A DNA stretch of 59,697 nt from positions 1 to 59,697 of the forward strand of contig DASZJM010000158.1 in the NCBI GenBank assembly GCA_035948165.1, given 5' to 3'. This stretch comes from Candidatus Methylomirabilota bacterium. Lineage in GTDB: Bacteria > Methylomirabilota > Methylomirabilia > Rokubacteriales > CSP1-6. A program made the translations under genes and the position numbers. The notes under the pieces were generated by a model, which worked only from the letters and a program-made list of their open reading frames with translations, did not search any database and was not told the DNA's origin. Shown in pieces: positions 18,899 to 28,114 of the stretch (position 1 is its first letter; every line of letters starts with the position of its first letter).

Positions 18899-20779
18899 AT
18901 GTCACGACTCGTCTGGCTGATCCCGCTGTTCCCGCTGGTCGGCACGCTGATCAACGCCCTGTTCGGGCGCTTCATCGGGCACAAGGCGCACTGGATCGCG
19001 GTGCCGGCCCTCTTCGCGTCGTTCGTGACCTCGTGCGTCGCGTTCAACCGGGTCTGGCACGGCGAGACCTGGACCGGCGACCTGTTCCCGTGGGTGATCG
19101 CGGGGACCTTCAAGGCCGGGGTCACCGTGCAGGTGGACCAGCTCACCGCGGTGATGCTGCTGGTGGTGACCGGGGTGGGCTTCCTCATCCACCTCTACTC
19201 CGCCGGCTACATGCACGACGACGACGGCTACGCGCGCTACTTCACCTACCTGAACCTCTTCGTGTTCTCGATGGTGATGCTGGTGCTGGCCGGCAACTTC
19301 CTGCTCCTGTACGTGTTCTGGGAAGCGGTGGGCCTCTGCTCCTACCTCCTCATCGGCTTCTGGTACGAGCGCAAGTCGGCCTCCGCCGCGGGGAAGAAGG
19401 CCTTCATCGTGACCCGGGTCGGGGACTTCGGCTTCGGCCTCGGCATCATGCTGATCTGGGTCACCTTCGGCACGCTCCAGTACGGCGAGGTCTTCGCCAA
19501 GGCGGACGCGAGCGTCTCCACCAACACCTACCTGGCCATCGCGCTCCTCCTCTTCATGGGCGCGTGCGGCAAGTCGGCGCAGCTGCCGCTCTTCACCTGG
19601 CTGCCCGACGCGATGGAGGGCCCGACCCCGGTCTCGGCCCTCATCCACGCCGCGACCATGGTGACCGCGGGCGTCTACATGGTGGCGCGCTGCCACAAGC
19701 TCTTCGAGATGGCGCCGCTCTCCCTCGAGATCGTCGCGTGGGTGGGCGGGCTCACCGCGATCTTCGCGGCCTCCATCGGGCTCGTGCAGACCGACATCAA
19801 GCGCGTGCTCGCCTACTCCACCATCAGCCAGCTCGGCTACATGTTCGTGGGGGTGGGGGTGGGCGCGTACGCGGCGGGCATCTTCCACCTGGTGACCCAC
19901 GCCTTCTTCAAGGCCCTGCTCTTCCTCGGCGCGGGCAGCGTGATCCACGGCCTCTCCGGCGAGCAGGATCTGCGCAAGATGGGCGGCCTCGCCCCGCGCA
20001 TGATGACCACCACCGTGACGTTCCTGGTGGGAGCCTTCGGCCTCGCGGGTGTCCCGCCGCTGGCCGGCTTCTTCTCGAAGGACGAGATCCTCGGCGCGGT
20101 TTTCCACGAGCACCACTACCTCCTGTGGGCGCTCCTGATGGCCGGCGCGTTCATGACCGCCTTCTACACGTTCCGGCTCGTGTTCCTCGCCTTCTTCGGC
20201 GGCCCCCGCATGCCGAAGGAGGTGGCGCACCACATCCACGAGTCGCCCGCGGTCATGACCATCCCGCTCATCGTGCTCGCGGTGCTCACGGCGGTGGCCG
20301 GCCTCGCGGTCGGCATCCCGTCCTCGCAGGGCACCGCGTTCTCCCACTTCCTCTCGCCGGTGCTGCCGCTCGACGAGGCCGAGCACAGCGCGGGGGTCGC
20401 CTTCGCCCTGCTGGTGCTCTCGGCCATCGTGGCCATCGCGGGGGTGGCGCTCGCGTGGATGGTGTACGGCCGCACCCCGGTGCGGGCCGCCTCCATCGGG
20501 GTGGCGCGCAATCCGCTCCACAAGCTCCTGATCGAGAAGTACTACGTGGACCAGATCTACGATGCGCTCTTCGTGAAGCCGATCTACCACCTCTCGCTCT
20601 GGCTCGCCCGCGTGTTCGATCCCGGCTTCATCGACGGCATCGTCAACGGGGTGGCCACCATGGTGGCGGGCTGGGCCCGCGGCCTCCGCCGGGTGCAGAC
20701 CGGCTTCGTGATGAACTACGCGCTCGGCATCCTGCTGGGCGCGGTCGCGGTGGTCGCCTACCTGCTCGCGCGCCGCTAG
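18899..20779 (+). CDS. nuoL: NADH-quinone oxidoreductase subunit L
   Basis: 626-aa ORF. It has an antiporter-like core plus the C-terminal lateral helix and last TM that are typical of complex I NuoL. Confidence 0.95.
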   Translation: MSRLVWLIPLFPLVGTLINALFGRFIGHKAHWIAVPALFASFVTSCVAFNRVWHGETWTGDLFPWVIAGTFKAGVTVQVDQLTAVMLLVVTGVGFLIHLYSAGYMHDDDGYARYFTYLNLFVFSMVMLVLAGNFLLLYVFWEAVGLCSYLLIGFWYERKSASAAGKKAFIVTRVGDFGFGLGIMLIWVTFGTLQYGEVFAKADASVSTNTYLAIALLLFMGACGKSAQLPLFTWLPDAMEGPTPVSALIHAATMVTAGVYMVARCHKLFEMAPLSLEIVAWVGGLTAIFAASIGLVQTDIKRVLAYSTISQLGYMFVGVGVGAYAAGIFHLVTHAFFKALLFLGAGSVIHGLSGEQDLRKMGGLAPRMMTTTVTFLVGAFGLAGVPPLAGFFSKDEILGAVFHEHHYLLWALLMAGAFMTAFYTFRLVFLAFFGGPRMPKEVAHHIHESPAVMTIPLIVLAVLTAVAGLAVGIPSSQGTAFSHFLSPVLPLDEAEHSAGVAFALLVLSAIVAIAGVALAWMVYGRTPVRAASIGVARNPLHKLLIEKYYVDQIYDALFVKPIYHLSLWLARVFDPGFIDGIVNGVATMVAGWARGLRRVQTGFVMNYALGILLGAVAVVAYLLARR

Positions 20780-20784
20780 CCCGC

Positions 20785-22320
20785 ATGGCGTACCTCCTGA
20801 CCCTCGTGACGTTCGTGCCGGTGCTCGGCGCGATCCTCGTGCTGCTGCTGCCCCGACGGCAGGAGCACGTCACCAAGGTGGTCACGCTCGCCACCACGGT
20901 GGTGACGTTCGTGATCTCGCTGCCGGTGTACTTCCGCTTCGACGTGACCTCGGCGGACTACCAGTTCGTGGAGCAGCGGGCGTGGATCCCCTCGCTGGGA
21001 GTGACCTACCACGTGGGAGTGGATGGCATCAGCGTGCTGCTGGTGCTGCTCACCACCTTCCTCATGCCGCTCGTGCTGCTCTCCTCGTGGAAGTCGGTGG
21101 AGTCGCGCTGGAAGGAGTTCGCGATCACCATGCTGCTCCTGGAGACGGGGATGCTGGGGGTCTTCGTGGCCCTCGACCTCTTCCTCTTCTACGTCTTCTG
21201 GGAGGCGATGCTGATCCCGATGTACCTCATCATCGGGATCTGGGGCGGGCCCAACCGGATCTACGCGGCGGTCAAGTTCATCCTCTATACGCTGACCGGC
21301 TCGCTCCTCATGCTGGTGGCGATCCTGTTCGTGTACTTCCAGCACGGGGCGGCCACCAGCGTCTACACCTTCGACCTGCCGGTGCTGGTGCGCTTCGTGA
21401 TCCCGGGCGGGCTCACCCAGGACCTGCTCTTCCTGGCCTTCGCGCTCGCCTTCGCGATCAAGGTGCCGATGTTCCCCTTCCACACCTGGCTGCCGGACGC
21501 CCACGTGGAGGCGCCGACCGCGGGCAGCGTGATCCTGGCCGGCGTGCTCTTGAAGATGGGCACCTACGGCTTCCTGCGCTTCTGCCTGCCCTTGTTCCCG
21601 CAGGCGAGCATGACGTGGGCTCCGTGGATCTTCACCCTCGCGGTGATCGGCATCATCTACGGGGCGTGGGTCTCCACCGTGCAGCCGGACATCAAGAAGC
21701 TGGTGGCCTACTCGAGCGTGAGCCACCTGGGCTTCGTGGTACTCGGCCTCTTCACCCTGACCCCGCAGGGGCTGGTGGGCGGCATCATCCAGATGGTGAA
21801 CCACGGGCTCAGCACCGGCGCGCTCTTCCTCATGGTCGGGATGATCTACGAGCGGCGCCACACCCGGCTGATCGCCGACTTCGGCGGGCTCTGGAAGGTG
21901 ATCCCCGCCTTCAGCGTGCTCTTCCTCATCGTGTGCCTCTCCTCGCTCGGGCTGCCCGGCCTCAACGGCTTCGTGGGCGAGTTCCTGATCCTGGTCGGCA
22001 CCTTCCAGGTGCACCGGCTCGCCGCGGTGCTCGCCAGCAGCGGCATCATCTTCGCGGCGGTGTACCTGCTCTGGATGTACCAGCGGGTGTGCTTCGGCGA
22101 GGTGACCTCGGAGGCGAACCGCCGCCTCACCGACCTCACCCCGCGCGAGTGGGCGGTGCTGCTGCCGGTGCTGCTCTTCATCGTGTGGATCGGGGTGTAC
22201 CCGACCACCTTCACCACCATGACCGAGCCGAGCGTGCAGGCCCTCATCACCCAGGTGCAGACCAAGGCGCAGGCGACCTCCGCCCTGCTCGTGCCGACCC
22301 ACGCTGAAGTGAGACCATGA
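20785..22320 (+). CDS. nuoM: NADH-quinone oxidoreductase subunit M
   Basis: ATG 20785 lies in frame with track ORF 18874..22320, and only the part from here onward is real. The translation starts MAYLLTLVTFVPVLGAILVLLLP. Confidence 0.95.
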   Translation: MAYLLTLVTFVPVLGAILVLLLPRRQEHVTKVVTLATTVVTFVISLPVYFRFDVTSADYQFVEQRAWIPSLGVTYHVGVDGISVLLVLLTTFLMPLVLLSSWKSVESRWKEFAITMLLLETGMLGVFVALDLFLFYVFWEAMLIPMYLIIGIWGGPNRIYAAVKFILYTLTGSLLMLVAILFVYFQHGAATSVYTFDLPVLVRFVIPGGLTQDLLFLAFALAFAIKVPMFPFHTWLPDAHVEAPTAGSVILAGVLLKMGTYGFLRFCLPLFPQASMTWAPWIFTLAVIGIIYGAWVSTVQPDIKKLVAYSSVSHLGFVVLGLFTLTPQGLVGGIIQMVNHGLSTGALFLMVGMIYERRHTRLIADFGGLWKVIPAFSVLFLIVCLSSLGLPGLNGFVGEFLILVGTFQVHRLAAVLASSGIIFAAVYLLWMYQRVCFGEVTSEANRRLTDLTPREWAVLLPVLLFIVWIGVYPTTFTTMTEPSVQALITQVQTKAQATSALLVPTHAEVRP

Positions 22321-23798
22321 ACCCCGCGCTGCCCGCCCTGGTCTTCCCCGCTGTCGACCTGCGGCCGATCCTGCCGATGCTGGTCGTCGCCCTCACCGCG
22401 GTGGTGGTGCTGCTCCTCGACCTGCTGCCCCCCCGCGACCGCAAGGACCACCTCGGCTTCGTGAGCGCACTCGGGGTGGTGGCGGCCCTGATCGTCACCT
22501 ACTGGATGACCTTCTCCATCGGGGGAGCCGACCTGCGGGGCTTCCGCGGGATGGTGGTGCTCGACGGCTACGCCCTCTTCTTCAACATCGTGATCGGCTA
22601 CGCGACCGGGCTCGTGCTGCTGCTCTCGATGGACTACATCCGGCGCGAGGGTCAGGAGTCGGGCGAGTTCTACATCCTGGTGCTGCTCTCCGCGCTCGGC
22701 ATGATGCTGATGGCCTCCGCGGGCGACCTGATCATCGTCTTCCTCGGCCTCGAGACGATGTCGATCTCGCTCTACGTGCTGGCCGGCTTCTTCCGCACCC
22801 GTCTCGAGGCGGGCGAGGCCTCCATGAAGTACCTGCTGATCGGAGCCTTCGCCTCCGGCTTCTTCCTCTACGGCATCGCCCTCATCTTCGGGGCCACCGG
22901 CACCACCAACCTCGACCGCATCGCCAACGCGGTGGCGGCGGAGGCGGGCCGCGACCCGCTGCTGGTCATCGGCCTGGGCCTGCTCCTGGTGGGCTTCGGC
23001 TTCAAGATCTCCTCGGTGCCCTTCCACATGTGGGCGCCCGACGTGTACGAGGGCGCGCCCACCTCGATCACCGCGCTCATCGCCACCGGCTCCAAGGCGG
23101 CCGCCTTCGCCGCGCTCCTCCGCGTGCTGCTCACCGCGGTGCGCGGCGCGCCGGTGGACTGGCCGATGCTGCTCTGGGTCGTGGCCGCGCTGACCATGAC
23201 GGTGGGCAACGTGGTGGCCCTCGCCCAGCTGAACCTCAAGCGTATGCTCGCCTACTCCTCGATCGCCCACGTGGGCTACATGCTGGTGGGGGTGGTGGCG
23301 GGCGGCGCGTTCGGCAACGGCAGCGTGCTCTTCTACCTGCTGGTGTACACCTTCACCACCGCGGGCGCCTTCGGGGCGGTCCTCCTCCTCGAGCGGGCGG
23401 GGCAGGAGGCGGTGAACCTCGCCGACTTCGGCGGGCTCGCCGCGCGCCATCCGCTGATCGCGGTGGCCCTGTCGGTGTTCCTGCTCTCGCTGGTCGGCAT
23501 CCCGCCCACCGCGGGCTTCGTGGGCAAGTTCTACCTCTTCGGCGCCGCGGTGAAGTCGGGCTACGTGTGGCTCGCGGTGATCGGGGTGCTCAACTCCGCG
23601 GCCGCCGCCTACTACTACCTGCGCCTCATCGTCTACATGTACATGCGCGAGCCGGAGGGCGCGCCCACCGTGCTCGCTCCGTCGTTCTCGGGCGCGCTCG
23701 CCCTCGCGGTCGCGCTCTGGGGCGTGGTGCAGCTCGGCGTCGCGCCCGGCCCCCTGTTCGACCTGGCCCAGGCCGCGGTCGTCCCCCTGCTCCGTTGA
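22317..23798 (+). CDS. nuoN: NADH-quinone oxidoreductase subunit N
   Basis: 493-aa ORF with an ATGA overlap with nuoM and typical NuoN/ND2 sequence. Confidence 0.95.
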   Translation: MNPALPALVFPAVDLRPILPMLVVALTAVVVLLLDLLPPRDRKDHLGFVSALGVVAALIVTYWMTFSIGGADLRGFRGMVVLDGYALFFNIVIGYATGLVLLLSMDYIRREGQESGEFYILVLLSALGMMLMASAGDLIIVFLGLETMSISLYVLAGFFRTRLEAGEASMKYLLIGAFASGFFLYGIALIFGATGTTNLDRIANAVAAEAGRDPLLVIGLGLLLVGFGFKISSVPFHMWAPDVYEGAPTSITALIATGSKAAAFAALLRVLLTAVRGAPVDWPMLLWVVAALTMTVGNVVALAQLNLKRMLAYSSIAHVGYMLVGVVAGGAFGNGSVLFYLLVYTFTTAGAFGAVLLLERAGQEAVNLADFGGLAARHPLIAVALSVFLLSLVGIPPTAGFVGKFYLFGAAVKSGYVWLAVIGVLNSAAAAYYYLRLIVYMYMREPEGAPTVLAPSFSGALALAVALWGVVQLGVAPGPLFDLAQAAVVPLLR

Positions 23799-23799
23799 G

Positions 23800-23834
23800 C
23801 CCTCTCCCCTCAGGGGAGAGGGTAGGGTGAGGGG
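23800..23834. repeat. palindromic REP-like element / terminator hairpin CCCTCTCCCC-TCA-GGGGAGAGGG followed by TAGGGTGAGGGG
   Basis: Perfect 10-bp stem at 23800-23809 / 23813-23822, immediately after the nuoN stop. Confidence 0.45.
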
Positions 23835-23837
23835 TGG

Positions 23838-24617
23838 GTGGTCCCCAAGCTTCCCTATCGCGGCTGGCTCTTCGATCTCGACGGCACGATCTACCTCGGC
23901 GAGCGGCTGATCCCGGGGGCCGACGCGGCGGTCGCGGCGGTGCGCGCGGCGGGCCGCCGGGTCGCCTTCCTCTCCAACAAGCCGCTCCAGACCCGCGCGG
24001 AGTACGCGGCCAAGCTCAGCCGGCTCGGGGTGCCCGCGGCGCCCGACGACGTGATCAATTCCTCGCTGGTGCTCGCGCGCCACCTGCGCGCCCGCGACCC
24101 GGGCGCGCCGGTCTTCGTGATCGGCGAGCCGCCGATGCTCGAGGAGATGCGCGCCCACGGCTTCGAGGTGCGGCCCGACGAGCACGTGCGCTGGGTGGTG
24201 ATCGCGTTCGACCGCACCTTCGACTACGCGAAGCTGAACATCGCCCTCCAGGCGGTGAAGCGCGGGGCGCGGCTCATCGCCACCAATCCCGACCGCACCT
24301 GTCCGGTGGAGGGCGGCGAGATCCCCGACTGCGCGGGGATGATCGCGGCGGTGGAGGCGGTGACGGATCGCCGGGTGGAGACCATCGTGGGCAAGCCGTC
24401 GCCGATCATCCTGGAGGTCGCGCTCGCCGCGCTCGGGGTGCCCGCGGCCGACGCGGCGATCGTGGGCGACCGCCTCGAGACCGACATCGTGATGGGCCGG
24501 CGGCTCGGACTCGGCACCGTGCTCGTGCTGAGCGGCGTCACGCGCGCCGACGACCCCCGAATCGCCGTGGTCGCTCCCGACCACGTGGTAGGATCGGTGC
24601 GGGACCTGGTGGAGTGA
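23838..24617 (+). CDS. HAD-IIA family sugar/glycerol-phosphate phosphatase (NagD-like)
   Basis: 259-aa ORF with a GTG start. HAD motifs are LFDLDGTIY, FLSNKP and VGDRLETDI. Confidence 0.85.
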   Translation: MVPKLPYRGWLFDLDGTIYLGERLIPGADAAVAAVRAAGRRVAFLSNKPLQTRAEYAAKLSRLGVPAAPDDVINSSLVLARHLRARDPGAPVFVIGEPPMLEEMRAHGFEVRPDEHVRWVVIAFDRTFDYAKLNIALQAVKRGARLIATNPDRTCPVEGGEIPDCAGMIAAVEAVTDRRVETIVGKPSPIILEVALAALGVPAADAAIVGDRLETDIVMGRRLGLGTVLVLSGVTRADDPRIAVVAPDHVVGSVRDLVE

Positions 24618-24621
24618 TCGA

Positions 24622-26262
24622 GTGAGCGTGCCCGCGAACCGACTGGCTGGGCTCGAAGGCGCCGCGCTGGACGCCGTGGTGATCGGCGGCGGCATGGCGG
24701 GGGCGGGGGTGGCGCGCGATCTGGCCCTGCGCGGCGCGTCGGTGGCGCTGTTCGAGAAGGGCGACTTCGCCTCCGGCACCTCGTCGAAGTCCTCCAAGCT
24801 GATCCACGGCGGCCTCCGCTACCTCGAGCTGGGCGACTTCAAGCTGGTGCGCGAGTCGCTGCGCGAGAAGAAGACGCTCGAGCGGCTCGCCCCGCACCTG
24901 GTGCGCCCGCTGCCCTTCCTGGTGCCGGTCTACCGCGGCGCCGCGCGCGGCCTCATCACGGTGCGCGTCGGCATGTGGCTCTACGACCTGCTCACCCCCG
25001 GCAAGACCACCGAGCGCTTCCGGGTGCTGCGCCCGGTCGAGGCGCTCACCATGGAGCCGTCGGTGCGCGCGGAGGACCTGCGCGGGGCCGGCTACTACTT
25101 CGACGACCTGCTGCTCTATCCGGAGCGCCTCTGCCTGGAGAACGTGCTCTCCGCCGCGCGGCACGGGGCGCGGACCTTCAACTACTGCGAGGTCGAGGAG
25201 TTCGTGCACGGCCGCCGCGGCATCGAGGGCGTGAAGGTGCGCGATCTGCTCTCGGGCCAGGTGCAGGCGGTGCGGGCCGCCACCATCGTGAACTGCGCGG
25301 GGCCGTGGGTGGACCGGATCCGCGCGGCGGCCCGGGTGGCCGACCGGAGCCCGCGGGTGGTGCGGACCACCAAGGGCATCCACTGCCTGCTGCCGCGCAT
25401 GACCGATCGCGCGGTGTACCTTTCCGCCCGCGACGAGCGGATGATCTTCGTGATCCCGTGGCGCGAGTTCTCCCTGGTCGGCACCACCGACACCGACTTC
25501 GAGGGCGACCCCGACCGGCTGTGGGCCACCCGCGAGGAGGTGACGTACCTCCTGGAGGAGGTGGCCAAGGTGCTGCCCGACAAGCGGGCCACCTTCGAGA
25601 ACGTGTCGTACACCTACGCGGGGGTGCGGCCGCTCTCCTTCGAGCCGGGCGCCTCCGCCTCAAAGGTCTCGCGCGAGCACAAGGTGATCCCGGAGGGGCC
25701 CGACGGCCGCTTCTTCTCGGTGACCGGCACCAAGCTGACCTGCTTCCGCAGCCTGGCCCAGGACGTGGGCGATCGGGTGATGCGCGCGCTCGGCCGCGCC
25801 GAGAAGGCGCGCACCGCGCGGCTCACCCTCGACGGCGCGGACGAGGAGGTGGGCAAGATCGAGGCGCGGGTGTGGATGGACGTCTCCGAAGAGATGGCGG
25901 CCACCGGGCTCTCCCGCGGTACACTGCGCACGCTGGTGGAGACCTACGGCCGGGCCTATCCGCGCGTGTTGGAGCTGGGGCGCAAGCTGCCCGACGGCTT
26001 CGAGCGCCTGTGCCCGAGCAATTCCGAGATCGTGGCCCAGCTGCACCACGCCCTCCGCGAGGAGCAGGCGGTCTCGCTGCAGGACGTGCTGCTGCGTCGC
26101 ACCGGCATCGGGCAGAGCCGCTGCCAGGGCCTCGACTGCGCGGAGCCCATCGCGGCGCGCATGGCCGAGCTCGGCGGCTGGACGCGGCGCCGGCTCGACG
26201 CGGAGCTCGAGGCGTACTCCCAGCACGTCGAGCGCAGCCGCCGCTTCCGGCAGCGGGCATGA
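24622..26262 (+). CDS. glpD: FAD-dependent glycerol-3-phosphate dehydrogenase
   Basis: 546-aa ORF containing VVIGGGMAGAGVARDLALRG and SSKSSKLIHGGLRYLE. Confidence 0.9.
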   Translation: MSVPANRLAGLEGAALDAVVIGGGMAGAGVARDLALRGASVALFEKGDFASGTSSKSSKLIHGGLRYLELGDFKLVRESLREKKTLERLAPHLVRPLPFLVPVYRGAARGLITVRVGMWLYDLLTPGKTTERFRVLRPVEALTMEPSVRAEDLRGAGYYFDDLLLYPERLCLENVLSAARHGARTFNYCEVEEFVHGRRGIEGVKVRDLLSGQVQAVRAATIVNCAGPWVDRIRAAARVADRSPRVVRTTKGIHCLLPRMTDRAVYLSARDERMIFVIPWREFSLVGTTDTDFEGDPDRLWATREEVTYLLEEVAKVLPDKRATFENVSYTYAGVRPLSFEPGASASKVSREHKVIPEGPDGRFFSVTGTKLTCFRSLAQDVGDRVMRALGRAEKARTARLTLDGADEEVGKIEARVWMDVSEEMAATGLSRGTLRTLVETYGRAYPRVLELGRKLPDGFERLCPSNSEIVAQLHHALREEQAVSLQDVLLRRTGIGQSRCQGLDCAEPIAARMAELGGWTRRRLDAELEAYSQHVERSRRFRQRA

Positions 26263-26624
26263 CCCGGCGTCTCCGCCGGGGGGCCATCGCCATCGCCGTC
26301 GCCCTCGTGGTGGTCGTCGCGGCGGTGCCGGCCCGCGCCGCCGATCCGACCTGGCTCCTCGGCCGGTGGGAGCTGCTGCGTGATCCCGACGGCGGCGCCC
26401 AGGACTCGATGGAGTTCTCCCGCGAGGGCCAGGTGGCCCTGGCCCGGCGCGGCGGCGCCCGGTACACCGGCCGCTACCACGCCTCGGACGCGGAGGTCCA
26501 GATCGACTACAAGGTGGGAAGCCAGTCCGTGATCACCACCCTCACGCCCAGCTCCGACAAGCGGGAGCTCTACGCCCGCTCCGCGGTGACCGGCAAGAAC
26601 GCGGTCTACGAGAAGCGGCCGTAG
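26259..26624 (+). CDS. small secreted hypothetical protein (121 aa)
   Basis: ATG 26259 overlaps the glpD stop (ATGA). It has a Sec signal ending ARA-AD, and the mature part looks beta-rich. I recognise no family. Confidence 0.6.
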   Translation: MTRRLRRGAIAIAVALVVVVAAVPARAADPTWLLGRWELLRDPDGGAQDSMEFSREGQVALARRGGARYTGRYHASDAEVQIDYKVGSQSVITTLTPSSDKRELYARSAVTGKNAVYEKRP

Positions 26625-26656
26625 GCCTCCGCCGCTTCCCGCCCGCGCGCCAATGG

Positions 26657-26665
26657 TGCTATAGT
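26657..26665 (+). promoter_or_regulatory. extended -10-like element TGCTATAGT upstream of ugpB
   Basis: Read directly at 26657-26665, about 93 nt upstream of ATG 26758. No good -35 is present. Confidence 0.3.
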
Positions 26666-26757
26666 TCCGAGCGCCGCGGCGGGCGTCGCGAGAACGTCAT
26701 CCGCGCGCAGCCCGATCGAGACACCGAGCCGCTACCCTGACAACCCGGAGGTCACCC

Positions 26758-28092
26758 ATGCCCGAGACGAAGACGTCCTGGTGGTCGGCGGGAGCCGCGC
26801 TGTTGGTCGCCACCGCATTGCTGCTGGTCCCGGCCGCCCCCGCGCTCGCCAAGACCGAGATCCAGTTCTGGCACGCGATGACCGGCCAGCTGAACGACGC
26901 GGTCAACTCGCTCGTGAAGCAGTTCAACGAGAGCCAGGCCGAGTACGAGGTGAAGCCGCTCCAGAAGGGCAACTACGCGGAGACCCTCACCGCCGCGATC
27001 GCGGCCTACCGCCAGCGGCAGGCCCCCCACATCGTCCAGGTGTTCGAGGTCGGCACCCAGACCATGATGCTCTCCGGGGCGATCCTGCCGGTCTACCAGC
27101 TCATGAAGGAGCAGGAGATCGCGGTCGACTGGAAGGACTTCATCGCGCCGGTGGTGGGCTACTACTCCAAGGACGGCAACCTCTACTCGATGCCGTTCAA
27201 CTCCTCGACCCCGATCCTGTACTACAACAAGGACGCCTTCCAGAAGGCGGGGCTCGACCCGAACAAGCCGCCCCAGACCTGGAAGCAGGTCGAGGAGTAC
27301 AGCAAGAAGCTGATCGCCTCCGGCGCCACCAAGTGCGGCTTCTCCACCGGCTGGCCCTCGTGGGTGCAGCTCGAGAACATGCACGCGCTCCACGATCAGC
27401 CGTTCGCTACCCGGAACGACGGCTTCGACGGGCTCGACGTCCAGCTCCTGATCAACCGCGAGTTCGGGGTCAAGCACCTGGCCCAGCTCGCCGCGTGGCA
27501 GAAGGAGAACATCTTCTCCTACGGCGGCCGCCGGGGCGACGCCGATCCCAAGTTCCTGAGCGGGGAGTGCGGCATCTACATGCAGTCGTCCGCCCTGATC
27601 GGTGGCTTCACCAAGGGCGCCACCTTCAAGTGGGGGACGGGCCAGCTCCCGCACTACGGGCCGCCCTACAAGCGGGCCACCTCGATCATCGGGGGAGCCA
27701 CCCTCTGGGTCATGAAGGGCAAGCCGGCGAACGAGAACCGGGGGGCCGCGCGCTTCCTGAAGTTCATCTCCGACACCAACCAGCAGATGTGGTGGCACGT
27801 GACCACCGGGTACCTCGCCATCTCCAACAGCGCGGTGAAGAACCTGGAGGCGGGCTACCACTTCAAGAAGAACCCGGACCAGTTCACCGCCTTCGCCCAG
27901 CTCACCAAGGGCACCGCGACCCCCAACAGCCAGGGGTTGCGCCTCGGGAACTTCACCCAGATCCGCGACGTGATCGAGGCGGAGATGGAGAACGTCTTCG
28001 CGGGCAAGAAGACGGCCAAGCAGGGGCTCGACGACGCGGTGGCCAAGTCCAACGAGATGCTGAAGGAGTTCGCGGCCGCGAACAAGCAGTAG
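26758..28092 (+). CDS. ugpB: sn-glycerol-3-phosphate ABC transporter substrate-binding protein
   Basis: 444-aa ORF with a signal peptide, UgpB-like sequence and SD GGAGGT. Confidence 0.9.
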   Translation: MPETKTSWWSAGAALLVATALLLVPAAPALAKTEIQFWHAMTGQLNDAVNSLVKQFNESQAEYEVKPLQKGNYAETLTAAIAAYRQRQAPHIVQVFEVGTQTMMLSGAILPVYQLMKEQEIAVDWKDFIAPVVGYYSKDGNLYSMPFNSSTPILYYNKDAFQKAGLDPNKPPQTWKQVEEYSKKLIASGATKCGFSTGWPSWVQLENMHALHDQPFATRNDGFDGLDVQLLINREFGVKHLAQLAAWQKENIFSYGGRRGDADPKFLSGECGIYMQSSALIGGFTKGATFKWGTGQLPHYGPPYKRATSIIGGATLWVMKGKPANENRGAARFLKFISDTNQQMWWHVTTGYLAISNSAVKNLEAGYHFKKNPDQFTAFAQLTKGTATPNSQGLRLGNFTQIRDVIEAEMENVFAGKKTAKQGLDDAVAKSNEMLKEFAAANKQ

Positions 28093-28114
28093 CGGGACGC
28101 GGGGCCCGTCGCCC

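Noticed and set aside
18874-22320. 1148-aa ORF apparently spanning nuoL and nuoM.
   Set aside because: Only the part from ATG 20785 (MAYLLTLVTF...) is NuoM. The upstream 637 codons are an open but meaningless alternative frame over nuoL.
18899-23798. nuoLMN as an Mrp-type cation/proton antiporter rather than complex I subunits.
   Set aside because: There are no mrpB/C/E/F/G-like small subunit genes. The NuoL homologue carries the long C-terminal lateral helix typical of complex I, and the three genes are in the canonical L-M-N order.
21846-24797. 983-aa minus-strand ORF, plus other long minus-strand ORFs opposite annotated + strand genes (for example 1614..3119, 3646..5016, 7039..8676, 26752..28290, 30712..32505, 35821..37836, 39569..40933, 44944..46500 and 56400..57809).
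   Set aside because: Their compositions are Arg/Gly/Ala/His/Pro-rich with no motifs. They always lie antisense to a gene with strong family signatures.
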